A stretch of 64,000 nucleotides of DNA from Candidatus Poribacteria bacterium (lineage in GTDB: Bacteria > Poribacteria > WGA-4E > GCA-2687025). Numbering within the stretch: the first letter of the stretch is position 1; the number at the start of each line of letters is the position of its first letter. The notes under the pieces were generated by a model. That model worked only from the letters and a program-made list of their open reading frames with translations, did not search any database and was not told the origin of the DNA. Below are positions 1 through 8,421 of the stretch, one piece after another. The DNA is taken from assembly GCA_963665845.2 (NCBI GenBank), contig OY762492.1:1760001-1824000 (forward strand). Direction: 5' to 3'. The position numbers were made by a program, and so were the translations under genes.

Positions 1-144
1 CATTGGAACCGACAATCGCTTTATTCATGGGAAAAAGGCGCCGCCAAACAGTTCGTCATTCCCGCGTAAGCGGGAATCTAGAGGCTCCGCAGAAACCGTC
101 CGCGTTCGCCCGCCGCCATGTCTCAACTATAGACGTAAGGTCAG
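1..144 (+). mobile_element. MITE-like element, left end cut off by window edge
   Basis: Colinear with the full copy at 12311-12478. Contains ATTCCC-GCGTAAGC-GGGAAT (58-77) and ends with TIR ATGTCTCAACTATAGACGTAAGGTCAG. Confidence 0.75.
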
Positions 145-226
145 CGAATGCCTGAGGGCAGCCTCTACAGACGACGATGTACGAAAATTCTGTTTGGATC
201 GGCGCATCGTCATTCTGGGCGCGGCT

Positions 227-262
227 AAAACCCCCCAGCCCCCCTTTTCAAGGGGGAGTCCA
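227..262. repeat. Poly-C/poly-G hairpin repeat (AAACCCCCC(T)AGCCCCCCTTTTCAAGGGGGA family)
   Basis: Same motif recurs near 24094, 31338-31719, 35617-35870, 47092, 52446 and 61143. Confidence 0.75.
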
Positions 263-305
263 GAAACCCGCGCCCTATCTGCCGCAGAAGATGCCTGCGT
301 TCAAT

Positions 306-1043
306 TTAGGCGTCCGCTTTTCGCCGAAGGATGAGACACGCCAAGCCCGCGCCGACGATTCCAACCGCCGTCCATAGCCCAAAATGAAACCATGCCCCGC
401 GCATCTGAACGGCGTAGTCGGCGTAAGGAAGGCTGCCGTAAAAAAGCGGGTTCCAAAAAATGCCCCGTTGATTCTGCGCGACCATGACCCCGATCATCGG
501 GTTCATGTTCACCGCCGCGTTCAGGAGCGGCATGCTCGGAGGGAACGCGGCGGGCAGCCAGATAAACGCTGTCCAAACAGGCGTCCATGTCAAGACGCCC
601 AGAAAAACCGACATGCGAATGGAGCTTGTCCATAAACTCCAAAGCGCGCCGACCCCCATCGACCCAAGAAACATCCCCGCAAGAACCCCATGCGCCGCGG
701 CAACATCCATGATCGGCTTGCCGACAACGGCCGCCCATGTCAAAAAAACGAGGAGCCAGAACCCCGCGGCGATACGCATCCCAACGGCGCCTGCGTCCTG
801 CGTTTGCATCAGCGCGCGGAGCGGAAGGCGGCGCGATCTCCAAGCAAGCGCTTCCATCGGCAAGCGCGCGCCGAGGTACAAACCTCCCAGCGCGGACGGA
901 ACGACCGCGCCGACCAGAGCCGTATCCAGCGCCGAGCCGAAGCCGAGACCCCAGCCCCAGTAGACGGCAAGCGCCGAGAAGAATCCGTAAACAAGAGCGG
1001 AACGCGCGGCGAACCGAAGCCAGCGGGGCGCGTCAGGGAGCAT
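306..1043 (-). CDS. Multi-pass membrane protein, possibly ABC-2-permease-like
   Basis: 245 aa with about 6-7 hydrophobic segments. Start overlaps the stop of the upstream gene by 11 nt. Family call is weak. Confidence 0.6.
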   Translation of the reverse strand: MLPDAPRWLRFAARSALVYGFFSALAVYWGWGLGFGSALDTALVGAVVPSALGGLYLGARLPMEALAWRSRRLPLRALMQTQDAGAVGMRIAAGFWLLVFLTWAAVVGKPIMDVAAAHGVLAGMFLGSMGVGALWSLWTSSIRMSVFLGVLTWTPVWTAFIWLPAAFPPSMPLLNAAVNMNPMIGVMVAQNQRGIFWNPLFYGSLPYADYAVQMRGAWFHFGLWTAVGIVGAGLACLILRRKADA

Positions 1044-3480
1044 TTGCGGGGCGGATGATCAGCTCAACGGGAAAGCCGTTGGGCGGAACGATTCTCAAAT
1101 TGGCCCGGTAGACGGTGTCGTCGGCGCCGGCGGGGAGAGGGTGATTCAGGATCGCGTCCGGGTCCCGGAACGAGGCGATCAGGCTCTGCGTCGCGTCCGC
1201 CATGAACAGCTTCCCTTTCACATAGCTTCCGGTAAAGACCCAGGGCGTTTCGCTCATCGCGCGGTTTTCAATGCCGTTCCAGATCAGCTCTTCGGCGCGG
1301 CGCCGCTCCGTTTTGCCGTCCCGCTCCCATTCGACGAAGATGTCGACAGGGTCGCCTTTTGGAACGCGCGGATCTCCTTGATTGCGCAGGTTGTTCACCG
1401 GCTTTAGTCCCAGCGCCAGAAGCGCCACCTGCAGATGCACAGGCTCAATATCGAGCGTCAGTACCGTCTCATGCACCTTTCCAAGCGGCGTCGTCGCAAG
1501 GTATTCCACAAGGCGCGTTGAGGCGACCGATTTTCCTTTGATTCGAATCTCCATTTGGTTGCGGTCCAACTTCACCGCTCTGTCAACCGGACCGAACTCG
1601 AACACCTTCGGCGCGATTTCGCGCATTGGCTGGTCGCGGTCCTGGGCGGCGGAACCTTCCGCGGCCGCTTTCACTCGAAGAGACACGGCGTTGTTGGATC
1701 GGTCTAAGTCTTCAAATACGCCGTCAGGGTCCACCTTCAGATAGATGTCGTATTCGCCTTCGCGCGGAACCTTCCAAGCGATATTGCCGGTCATATCGGC
1801 TCTATTTTTTGGAAACAGCAGCTCTTGCTCGGCAAGCCGCTGCCCGCCCTGATCCGGATGCCCGTCGTAGACCGCAACCAGCGCGATCAGCGAATCGAGA
1901 GGTTTGCCGGCGTTCACGACGGTCGCTCTCACCGTCGCTTCTTCGCCCGCCGCCGGCGCGCTCGGCGTCAAACGCAGCGAACTCGGCGCAATCGACAGGT
2001 CGGGCGCGGTCGCTTTCGGCGTGTACCGCGTCAAAAAAAGAATGCCGAAACAGGTGGCGCCAAACATCTCCCCGTCCGCATCCTGCCAGCTTCCGTCCGA
2101 TTTTTGCGTCGCAACAAACACATTCGCCATCTCTTCAAACCAGTCCCTGCCGGCGAGCGACGCCTGCGTCGGCGGCGCGTCCATAGCGCGCTGAACGGCG
2201 AGAAGATAGTAGTAATGAAAACTGAAGGAGCCGGGGTTGCTGGCGGCGGAATAATGGCGGTCGATCCAGTCGACGCCGCGCTGAAACGCTTCATCGGACG
2301 GCGGCGCGCCCAGCATTTTGAGCGCCATCAATCCCGTCGCGGTCATGCTGCCGTAGGGTCCTTCCGCCCATGGGCTGGGGACATTGAGGCTGTAGTTCCA
2401 TCCGCCGCCGGCATGTTGAGCGGCGCGCACCCAGTGTTCAGCCCGTTTCAAGACATCGCGGTCGATCTTCGCCCCCCATAGCCGCGCGGCGTAAAGCGCA
2501 TAGACAACATAATGCATATGCGCCCCGTCCGCGGCGCCGATGCGCCCGTACCCCCATCCGCCGACGCTTTCATACGGCGTGTCGCCCCCCTCCTTGATCT
2601 GCAAAGCCCCAAGACGGTTCACGGCAAACTGCACCCGTTCCATATACTTTTCGGGCTGTTGCGTCGCCGTGAACGCGAGCGTGATGAGAGCGTAATCGTA
2701 GACCGAGAACAGGTTCCAGTCAGCCTCCAGCAGATACTGCAGCGCCGAATCGACCGCCTCGTCCGACGGGTCTAGACCGGCAGCCAGCAGCGTCAAGACG
2801 GCGAGCGCGGTGTCGGCGGCGGAACCGCCGATCGGATTCCAAGCGGGCGACGGCTTTTTAAGCACCGAGATGCCGTTCAAACTCAACTGGCAGATAACGC
2901 ACTGTTTCTCTATTTTCGGGTTGAGCATTCCGTCTTGGGGGCATTTGACCGACAATTCGCCCTGTTCATTCAGGAGCCATTTGACGGCGCGTTCAACCGC
3001 TTTCTCCCGCTGCGCCTGCGTCGATGACGGAAAAATGCGCGGACCGGCGACCAGCTCGCGCGACGCTTCGTTGTTGTTGAGATTCGTCTCCTGATACTTG
3101 ACGCTGTTCGGCTCTGGGTTGACAACCGCATGCACATTCCACCGACCGGCGCGCGGACGGAAACGGGCGACAATCTCTTTAGGTTTGCCCGGCGCCAGCC
3201 CGGCAAGTTCATTCATAACCTTCAGCTGCAGCCCGCCGGCGTCCGGGTCGTCCTCATAAATCCACGCGGAGATGTCATGCTGGGAGGTGAGCGGCTCATC
3301 TCCGATATTCTCAATGACCGCGACGATCGTCACAGGGTCGCCTTCAATCGGCTGCTCATTTGAAAAACGCAGCTCGCTCACAATCAGATCAACCGCGCCC
3401 CATGCGCTCATAGACGCGCCGAGGCCGGCGCATGCCCATACCGCCGCCAGAAGCGCCGTTTTCTGTCCAAACCGTTTCAT
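1033..3480 (-). CDS. Secreted multidomain protein: CARDB + Cys-ribbon + prenyltransferase/squalene-cyclase-type alpha/alpha barrel + CARDB + YdjY-like domain
   Basis: Signal peptide. Two CARDB-like Ig modules (DLIVSEL..ETNLNNN; PDLSI..EDLDRSNN). QW-type repeats (AQHAGGGWNY, TQKSDGSW). C-terminal EYL..GKVHETVL..WVFTGS..ANLRIVPP resembles YdjY. Confidence 0.75.
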   Translation of the reverse strand: MKRFGQKTALLAAVWACAGLGASMSAWGAVDLIVSELRFSNEQPIEGDPVTIVAVIENIGDEPLTSQHDISAWIYEDDPDAGGLQLKVMNELAGLAPGKPKEIVARFRPRAGRWNVHAVVNPEPNSVKYQETNLNNNEASRELVAGPRIFPSSTQAQREKAVERAVKWLLNEQGELSVKCPQDGMLNPKIEKQCVICQLSLNGISVLKKPSPAWNPIGGSAADTALAVLTLLAAGLDPSDEAVDSALQYLLEADWNLFSVYDYALITLAFTATQQPEKYMERVQFAVNRLGALQIKEGGDTPYESVGGWGYGRIGAADGAHMHYVVYALYAARLWGAKIDRDVLKRAEHWVRAAQHAGGGWNYSLNVPSPWAEGPYGSMTATGLMALKMLGAPPSDEAFQRGVDWIDRHYSAASNPGSFSFHYYYLLAVQRAMDAPPTQASLAGRDWFEEMANVFVATQKSDGSWQDADGEMFGATCFGILFLTRYTPKATAPDLSIAPSSLRLTPSAPAAGEEATVRATVVNAGKPLDSLIALVAVYDGHPDQGGQRLAEQELLFPKNRADMTGNIAWKVPREGEYDIYLKVDPDGVFEDLDRSNNAVSLRVKAAAEGSAAQDRDQPMREIAPKVFEFGPVDRAVKLDRNQMEIRIKGKSVASTRLVEYLATTPLGKVHETVLTLDIEPVHLQVALLALGLKPVNNLRNQGDPRVPKGDPVDIFVEWERDGKTERRRAEELIWNGIENRAMSETPWVFTGSYVKGKLFMADATQSLIASFRDPDAILNHPLPAGADDTVYRANLRIVPPNGFPVELIIRPANAP

Positions 3481-6400
3481 AGTTCCGCCGCCAATCCGCT
3501 GCCGTTGATCGGGTCCTTTTCAATGCGCACCGCCGTGTCGACGGCGTTGTCGAAGGTGTCGTCATGGCTGATGATGAACAGCTGCCGCCATGGAACGCCC
3601 GACCGCTGGCGCAGCGTGGAGAGGGCGTCCGCCAGCCGTTCGCGCCGCATGTCGTCCAGATTGGCGGTCGGTTCATCGAAGACGGCGATCCCGATCTCCG
3701 ACAGCAGCGCCAGCAGCGCCAGCCTCACCGACAGCGCCGCGCTCATCTGCTCGCCGCCGGAGAGCTGCTTGAAGGAACGGTCGGAGGCGCCGCCGATCAG
3801 GTTCAGCTCGTAATCCTCGCTCCATTCCAGCTGCGCCTGCGGATCGCCGGAGAGCTGACGGTAAAGATCGGAACCTCGCGCGTTGACCTCTTGCCTGTAG
3901 AGATAGCTGATGCGCTCGCCGACGACGTTCAGCATTCGGCTGCGCACAAACGCCGCCAGTTTTTCAGCGCGTCCGTTGCGGTCAATCTCTTTGTCGATCT
4001 TCTCTATTTTGCGCAGCGCCTCTTCCATATTCGCCAGATTCGCTCGTTCGTTTTTCAGATTCTCATCGCCCGCGCTGATCTCGGCGCTAATCTCCGTAAT
4101 GGCGGCGTTCAGCGTTTCAATCCGCCCGCGCAGCGCCGTCAACTTTTCAGGGTCAAAATCTTTTTGGAGATTGGCAAGCGCCGTTTCTGCGTCGGCAAGC
4201 TCCTTCTCCGCCTCCTCTTGAGAACGGCGCGCTTGGGCAAGTTTGTTTCGTACCTCGCCGATCCCTTTCGCCGCCGTCTCATTCTGGAGATAAAGCTGAT
4301 AGCCGCCGTTCGTTTCGTCGCGAGTTTTCCGCGCGTCCTGCATCTGCGCGTCCACGCCCTCATACTTCTCCAGCTTCGTTTTCAGACCTTCAACCGCCGC
4401 CTTCATTTGAGACAAACGCTCGGAGTCTGCCGACAGCTGAAGGCGGGTTTGCTTGATCTTCAGCAATTCCGTTTCAATGCCGCTCTTCTCTTTTTCTAAG
4501 TTTGCATGCTGGTCGCTGTAACGCTGCAATTCCATTTTGCCTTGATTCTGCGCATTCTCCGCTTGTTGAACATGCCGCTCAACCGTTTCGTTGACAGCCG
4601 AAAGCGATTTTTCAACCTTGCCGAGCGCCTCTTCAAACTGCGCCGTCCACGTCTCCAGGCTGTCGGTGGGCGCCTTTTCAGCCGATTCCACATGACGAAC
4701 GAAACGAAGCAGCCCCTCGGCGGCTTCAGGAGCCGACTCCCGCAGCTCCATTTCCAAGCTCAACGCCGCGTTTTTCCAACCTTCCCAATCGATCTCTCCG
4801 CTTGACGCCTCAACCTCCCGCCGCCGCTCCAGCATCCCGCTATTAAGAGTCGCGACGCTGTCTTGAATCCGCTCTAAGCGATTCAACTCGTCTTTGGCGG
4901 CGGACGCTTTTTGAAGCTCCTGTTCAACCGCCTCCAGTTCCGCCTGCGGCTTTTGCGTCAGCGCTTCAATCTGAACCAGATCGGACGCGATGCGCAGGCT
5001 CAAGTCGCCCCCGTCAACATTTTGACATGGCTCGCGCAAAATGGGGCAGAGGCCGTCTGTCGCCTCCTCTTGACGCCGCTTCGCTTCCTCCGCCTGCGCG
5101 TTCAGTCTATTCACCTGACTGCGCAGCTCGTCCCGCCTCTTTTCAACGGCGCCAAATGTCTCGGACAGCGCTTTCACTTCCTCATATTTGCCCAGCTCTT
5201 CCAGCTGCGATTCCCGTTCCTCAACCGCCTTATGAACCGCCGCGGCGGCGTTTTTTCCGGTATTCAGCAAACTGCGCAGATCGGTTAGCGGCTCCGTCAG
5301 CGCGTCCGACTTTTTGAAAGCGTCCTCCCAATAGCGGCGCCGCTCGCTCGCGTCCGCCACGGCCGAATCCGCCGCCTGCATTTCAGGCGCGTTCGCCTCT
5401 ATTTGCTTTTGAACGTTCTCCAGTTTCTCTTTTTGCTCGCCTTCGTTTTGGTCGGCGCTCTCTTTCATCGTCTGGATGCGCGCCTCTAACTCCGCCTGCT
5501 CTCTCTCATTTTTGTTAAGGTCGCGCTGGACGGCGTCGCGCTCTTTTTGCTCTTGGGCGAGGGAGTTCAACTGCCGCTGCGCAGATAGATGCGCATGATG
5601 CGCCGCCGCGTTTTCAGCGCAGACGCGCTCCGCTTCCGCCGCCTTTTCTAAATCGCTCGCTAGGCGCGCCGCCTCCGCCTTCTTTACATCCAGCGCGCCG
5701 CTTGCCCGCGTCTGTTTCTGTTCCGCGGCGTTGATCTCCCGCCGCCTTTCTTCCATGCGCTGTTGGTCTGCTTGCGCTTCTTGACGCGCCGCTTTCTCTT
5801 TTTCTTCTCTCTTTTTCAGTTCAGCCTGCGCCGTTTCCAGCTCTTGAATCCGCGTCTTCGCTTCGTCATACCCCTCTGCTTGACGCTCAAAGATCTCGCG
5901 CCGCTCCGTCAATTCGACCTGCTTGTTTTTAAAATGCGATTCGACGCCGCTCGTTTTTCCAAACGCCTTTTTATATCCGTCCACCTGAAGAATGCCGTCG
6001 AACGCTTGTTTGCGCTTGGCGGGCGTTTCAAGGAACGGGGCGCAGATCATCCCCTGCGGGACGCCGATCATCGTATGAAACAGATCGTCCAATTTCCCGC
6101 CGCGGATCGGCATCGCCCCCTCTTGAAAAAACTGCAGGATCTCCTCTTGAGTGTTCATGTCGAGCGCGTCGCCCTGTTCCGCGTCGTAAATGCGCCAATG
6201 CCCCCCGCCTCTTTCGAAGAGGACCCGCTCGGAGATATAACGGTTGTTGTCGGCGCCTTTGAAGGTCACGCGCACTTTTCCTCTTGCCGCGCCATGTTTG
6301 ATGAACCCTTTGATCGGCTTCGCCGGCGCGGCGTCAAAAAGCGCGTATCCGATCGCCTCCACGATGGTCGTTTTGCCCGCGCCGTTGACGCCGCAGATGA

Positions 6401-6482
6401 AGTTCACCCCCTCTTGAAACTGAACGCGCGCCTCCCTGTAGCTTTTGATATTCTCCAGCTGAACCTGCTCAATGAAGATCAT
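3477..6482 (-). CDS. sbcC: SbcC/Rad50-like SMC-family ATPase
   Basis: Walker A GVNGAGKTT, long coiled coil, central CPILREPC hook, signature LSGGE, Walker B IAVFDEPT, H-switch IISHDD. Confidence 0.88.
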   Translation of the reverse strand: MIFIEQVQLENIKSYREARVQFQEGVNFICGVNGAGKTTIVEAIGYALFDAAPAKPIKGFIKHGAARGKVRVTFKGADNNRYISERVLFERGGGHWRIYDAEQGDALDMNTQEEILQFFQEGAMPIRGGKLDDLFHTMIGVPQGMICAPFLETPAKRKQAFDGILQVDGYKKAFGKTSGVESHFKNKQVELTERREIFERQAEGYDEAKTRIQELETAQAELKKREEKEKAARQEAQADQQRMEERRREINAAEQKQTRASGALDVKKAEAARLASDLEKAAEAERVCAENAAAHHAHLSAQRQLNSLAQEQKERDAVQRDLNKNEREQAELEARIQTMKESADQNEGEQKEKLENVQKQIEANAPEMQAADSAVADASERRRYWEDAFKKSDALTEPLTDLRSLLNTGKNAAAAVHKAVEERESQLEELGKYEEVKALSETFGAVEKRRDELRSQVNRLNAQAEEAKRRQEEATDGLCPILREPCQNVDGGDLSLRIASDLVQIEALTQKPQAELEAVEQELQKASAAKDELNRLERIQDSVATLNSGMLERRREVEASSGEIDWEGWKNAALSLEMELRESAPEAAEGLLRFVRHVESAEKAPTDSLETWTAQFEEALGKVEKSLSAVNETVERHVQQAENAQNQGKMELQRYSDQHANLEKEKSGIETELLKIKQTRLQLSADSERLSQMKAAVEGLKTKLEKYEGVDAQMQDARKTRDETNGGYQLYLQNETAAKGIGEVRNKLAQARRSQEEAEKELADAETALANLQKDFDPEKLTALRGRIETLNAAITEISAEISAGDENLKNERANLANMEEALRKIEKIDKEIDRNGRAEKLAAFVRSRMLNVVGERISYLYRQEVNARGSDLYRQLSGDPQAQLEWSEDYELNLIGGASDRSFKQLSGGEQMSAALSVRLALLALLSEIGIAVFDEPTANLDDMRRERLADALSTLRQRSGVPWRQLFIISHDDTFDNAVDTAVRIEKDPINGSGLAAEL

Positions 6483-7378
6483 TTTGAAAGCCGATCCTGG
6501 ACGAATTGCTGAAACGCTTGCCCGAATTCAGCGTCTGCGATGGACAGCTCAAAAAACGCCTTGAAGTAACTCTCATAGTTGCCGATGTCCAACCGGCGCG
6601 CTCCGCGTCCAATGGAGACGCCCCAGACCGGCAGCCCCGCCTTCAGCATGAGACGCATGGTGTCGGTGATCTGAATCTCGCCGCCGCGCCCTGGTTCCGT
6701 TTTTCGGATGAAGTCGAACACTTCAGGACTGAACACATACCGCGCTGCGATGGCAAGATTGCTCGGCGCCTGCTCAACGGTCGGCTTCTCGATCAGATCG
6801 GCAACCGCAAAAATATCCCCGACGGGAGTCCGCATCGGCTGCGCGATGCCGTACCGCACCACCTCCTCCATCGGCACCGTTTCAAACAGAATGGTCGCCG
6901 CGGCGCTCTCCCGTTCATGGACATCCATGAGACGTTTAAGTACATCGACTCCTCCGTTCGACTGGATGATCGAATCGCCGAGGCAGACGACAAACGGATC
7001 TCCCCCGACAAACTGCTCCGATTTGGCGATGGCGTCCGCAAGCCCCTTCGGGTCGCTTTGCCGGACATAAAACATGCGGCAATTCTCGTCCAGATAATCG
7101 AGCGCTCGGTCAGGGTCGCCTTTTTCGGCAAGCCGCTGCTCAAGGTGCGGGTCCGGGTCAAAGTGGTCTTCGATGGCGCGCTTCTGCTGGCTCGTCACAA
7201 TCAGTATGTCCAGAATTCCCGCCGTCACAATCTCTTCGACAACATACTGGATGACGGGCTTGCGTCCGACCGGCAGCATCTCTTTGGGCTGCGATTTGGT
7301 GGCGGGAAGCAGGCGCGTCCCGACGCCGGCGGCTGGTATGACCGCTTTCTGAACGGACGCTTTGCGGTCGCCTGTCAT
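6479..7378 (-). CDS. galU: UTP-glucose-1-phosphate uridylyltransferase
   Basis: KAVIPAAGVGTRLLPATKSQPKEMLP, YVRQSDPKGL, IEKP and GGEIQITD motifs. Confidence 0.9.
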   Translation of the reverse strand: MTGDRKASVQKAVIPAAGVGTRLLPATKSQPKEMLPVGRKPVIQYVVEEIVTAGILDILIVTSQQKRAIEDHFDPDPHLEQRLAEKGDPDRALDYLDENCRMFYVRQSDPKGLADAIAKSEQFVGGDPFVVCLGDSIIQSNGGVDVLKRLMDVHERESAAATILFETVPMEEVVRYGIAQPMRTPVGDIFAVADLIEKPTVEQAPSNLAIAARYVFSPEVFDFIRKTEPGRGGEIQITDTMRLMLKAGLPVWGVSIGRGARRLDIGNYESYFKAFFELSIADAEFGQAFQQFVQDRLSK

Positions 7379-8076
7379 GGATGCGGCTCCTTCGGTTTGC
7401 GTTTGAATCGGGTGAAAACGACGCCGACGGTGCGCAGAATGTAGTACAGGTCTTTTCGCATCGTGCGCGTTTCTAGGTAGGCGATGTCCATGCGCAGTTT
7501 TAGCGGTATCAGGCGCTGGATGTAGTACTGTTCAGGGTCGGGCTGGCGGGCGAGCAGCTCCTCCTCGTCGCGCAGATGCAGCTGCGCAGGGCCGGTGACG
7601 CCTGGGCGGGCGTTCAGAACGCGCCTGTCCTGCTCCGAGTAAAGCGCGGCGTAGTTCGGCGTCTCCGGCCGCGGTCCGACAATCGACATGGAGCCTGTCA
7701 ATACGTTCAGCAGGTTCGGCAGTTCGTCTATTTTGGTTTTGCGGAGGAATCGCCCGATGCGCGTCACGCGCTGATCGTCGGCGGTGGTGATGGCGGCGCC
7801 GTTCTGCGCGCCGTTCACCATCGTGCGAAATTTGACGAGGCGAAACGGCTTGCCATGCCGCCCGATCCGCTCCCCCAAGAAGAAGGCGCCGCCGGGCGAT
7901 TGAAACTTCGCCAGCGCCGCCGCAATCAAAAAGACGGGCGAGAGAGCCGCGAGAACGATCAAGGCGAATAAAATGTCAAAGGCGCGTTTTGCAAAGGCGT
8001 ACCCTAGTCTGCGGGAGACAGGTTCCGCCGCCGCCTTCAAGCGTTTGGAATGAATTTGCTGCGCCGCTTGATTCAT
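7375..8076 (-). CDS. Bacterial sugar transferase (monotopic phosphoglycosyl transferase, PglC/WcaJ catalytic domain)
   Basis: AKRAFDI, KFRTM, DQRVTRIGRFLRKTKIDELP, MSIVGPRP, PGVTG. Start moved to MNQAAQ (8076) because the longer ORF runs through repeat DNA. Confidence 0.9.
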   Translation of the reverse strand: MNQAAQQIHSKRLKAAAEPVSRRLGYAFAKRAFDILFALIVLAALSPVFLIAAALAKFQSPGGAFFLGERIGRHGKPFRLVKFRTMVNGAQNGAAITTADDQRVTRIGRFLRKTKIDELPNLLNVLTGSMSIVGPRPETPNYAALYSEQDRRVLNARPGVTGPAQLHLRDEEELLARQPDPEQYYIQRLIPLKLRMDIAYLETRTMRKDLYYILRTVGVVFTRFKRKPKEPHP

Positions 8077-8125
8077 AACGATTATGATACAGCATTCCGC
8101 CGCGTTTGCAACTCTTGAAAACATC

Positions 8126-8370
8126 GTTCCCGCCCTTGCGGTAAAACGCGCGGGAATCCAGAGGCGCCATCGAAACCGTCCGCGTTCGCCTGCCGCCATG
8201 TCCCAACTAAAAAGATGTAAGTCAGAGAGGCAGTACGCCCATGCGATGGTATTGATCGGAGACGCGATATGGACGGCGTCTGCGACGCCTAAGATTCTCG
8301 TTTTCACGGGAATGCATGTCCTCGCGGAAGCGGGGGACGACGCGCGGCGCGGACGCTTTAGGATTAAAAA
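8126..8370. repeat. Composite repeat: expanded-loop hairpin + MITE right end (to 8225) + dRS3-like hairpin (8294-8313)
   Basis: TTCCCGCCCTTGCGGTAAAACGCGCGGGAAT; ATGTCCCAACTAAAAAGATGTAAGTCAG; ATTCTC-GTTTTCAC-GGGAAT. Confidence 0.7.
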
Positions 8371-8421
8371 ATGGAATGTCATCGCATGAGCGTACCGCCT
8401 TTTGACGCGCGGCGCAGCCCA

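Noticed and set aside
1033-3480. Squalene-hopene cyclase or alpha-2-macroglobulin thioester protein
   Set aside because: No DXDD catalytic motif or CxEQ thioester motif seen; single barrel with a signal peptide.
3477-6482. Wadjet or Lamassu defence SMC
   Set aside because: No JetABD or Lmu effector neighbours; size and motifs fit SbcC/Rad50.
8077-8382. N-terminal extensions of ORFs 7375-8382, 12571-13803, 23541-24053, 33865-34938, 40324-41529, 42705-43913 and 56289-58235
   Set aside because: They run through repeats or neighbouring genes; downstream starts have better RBS, signal peptide or family N-termini.
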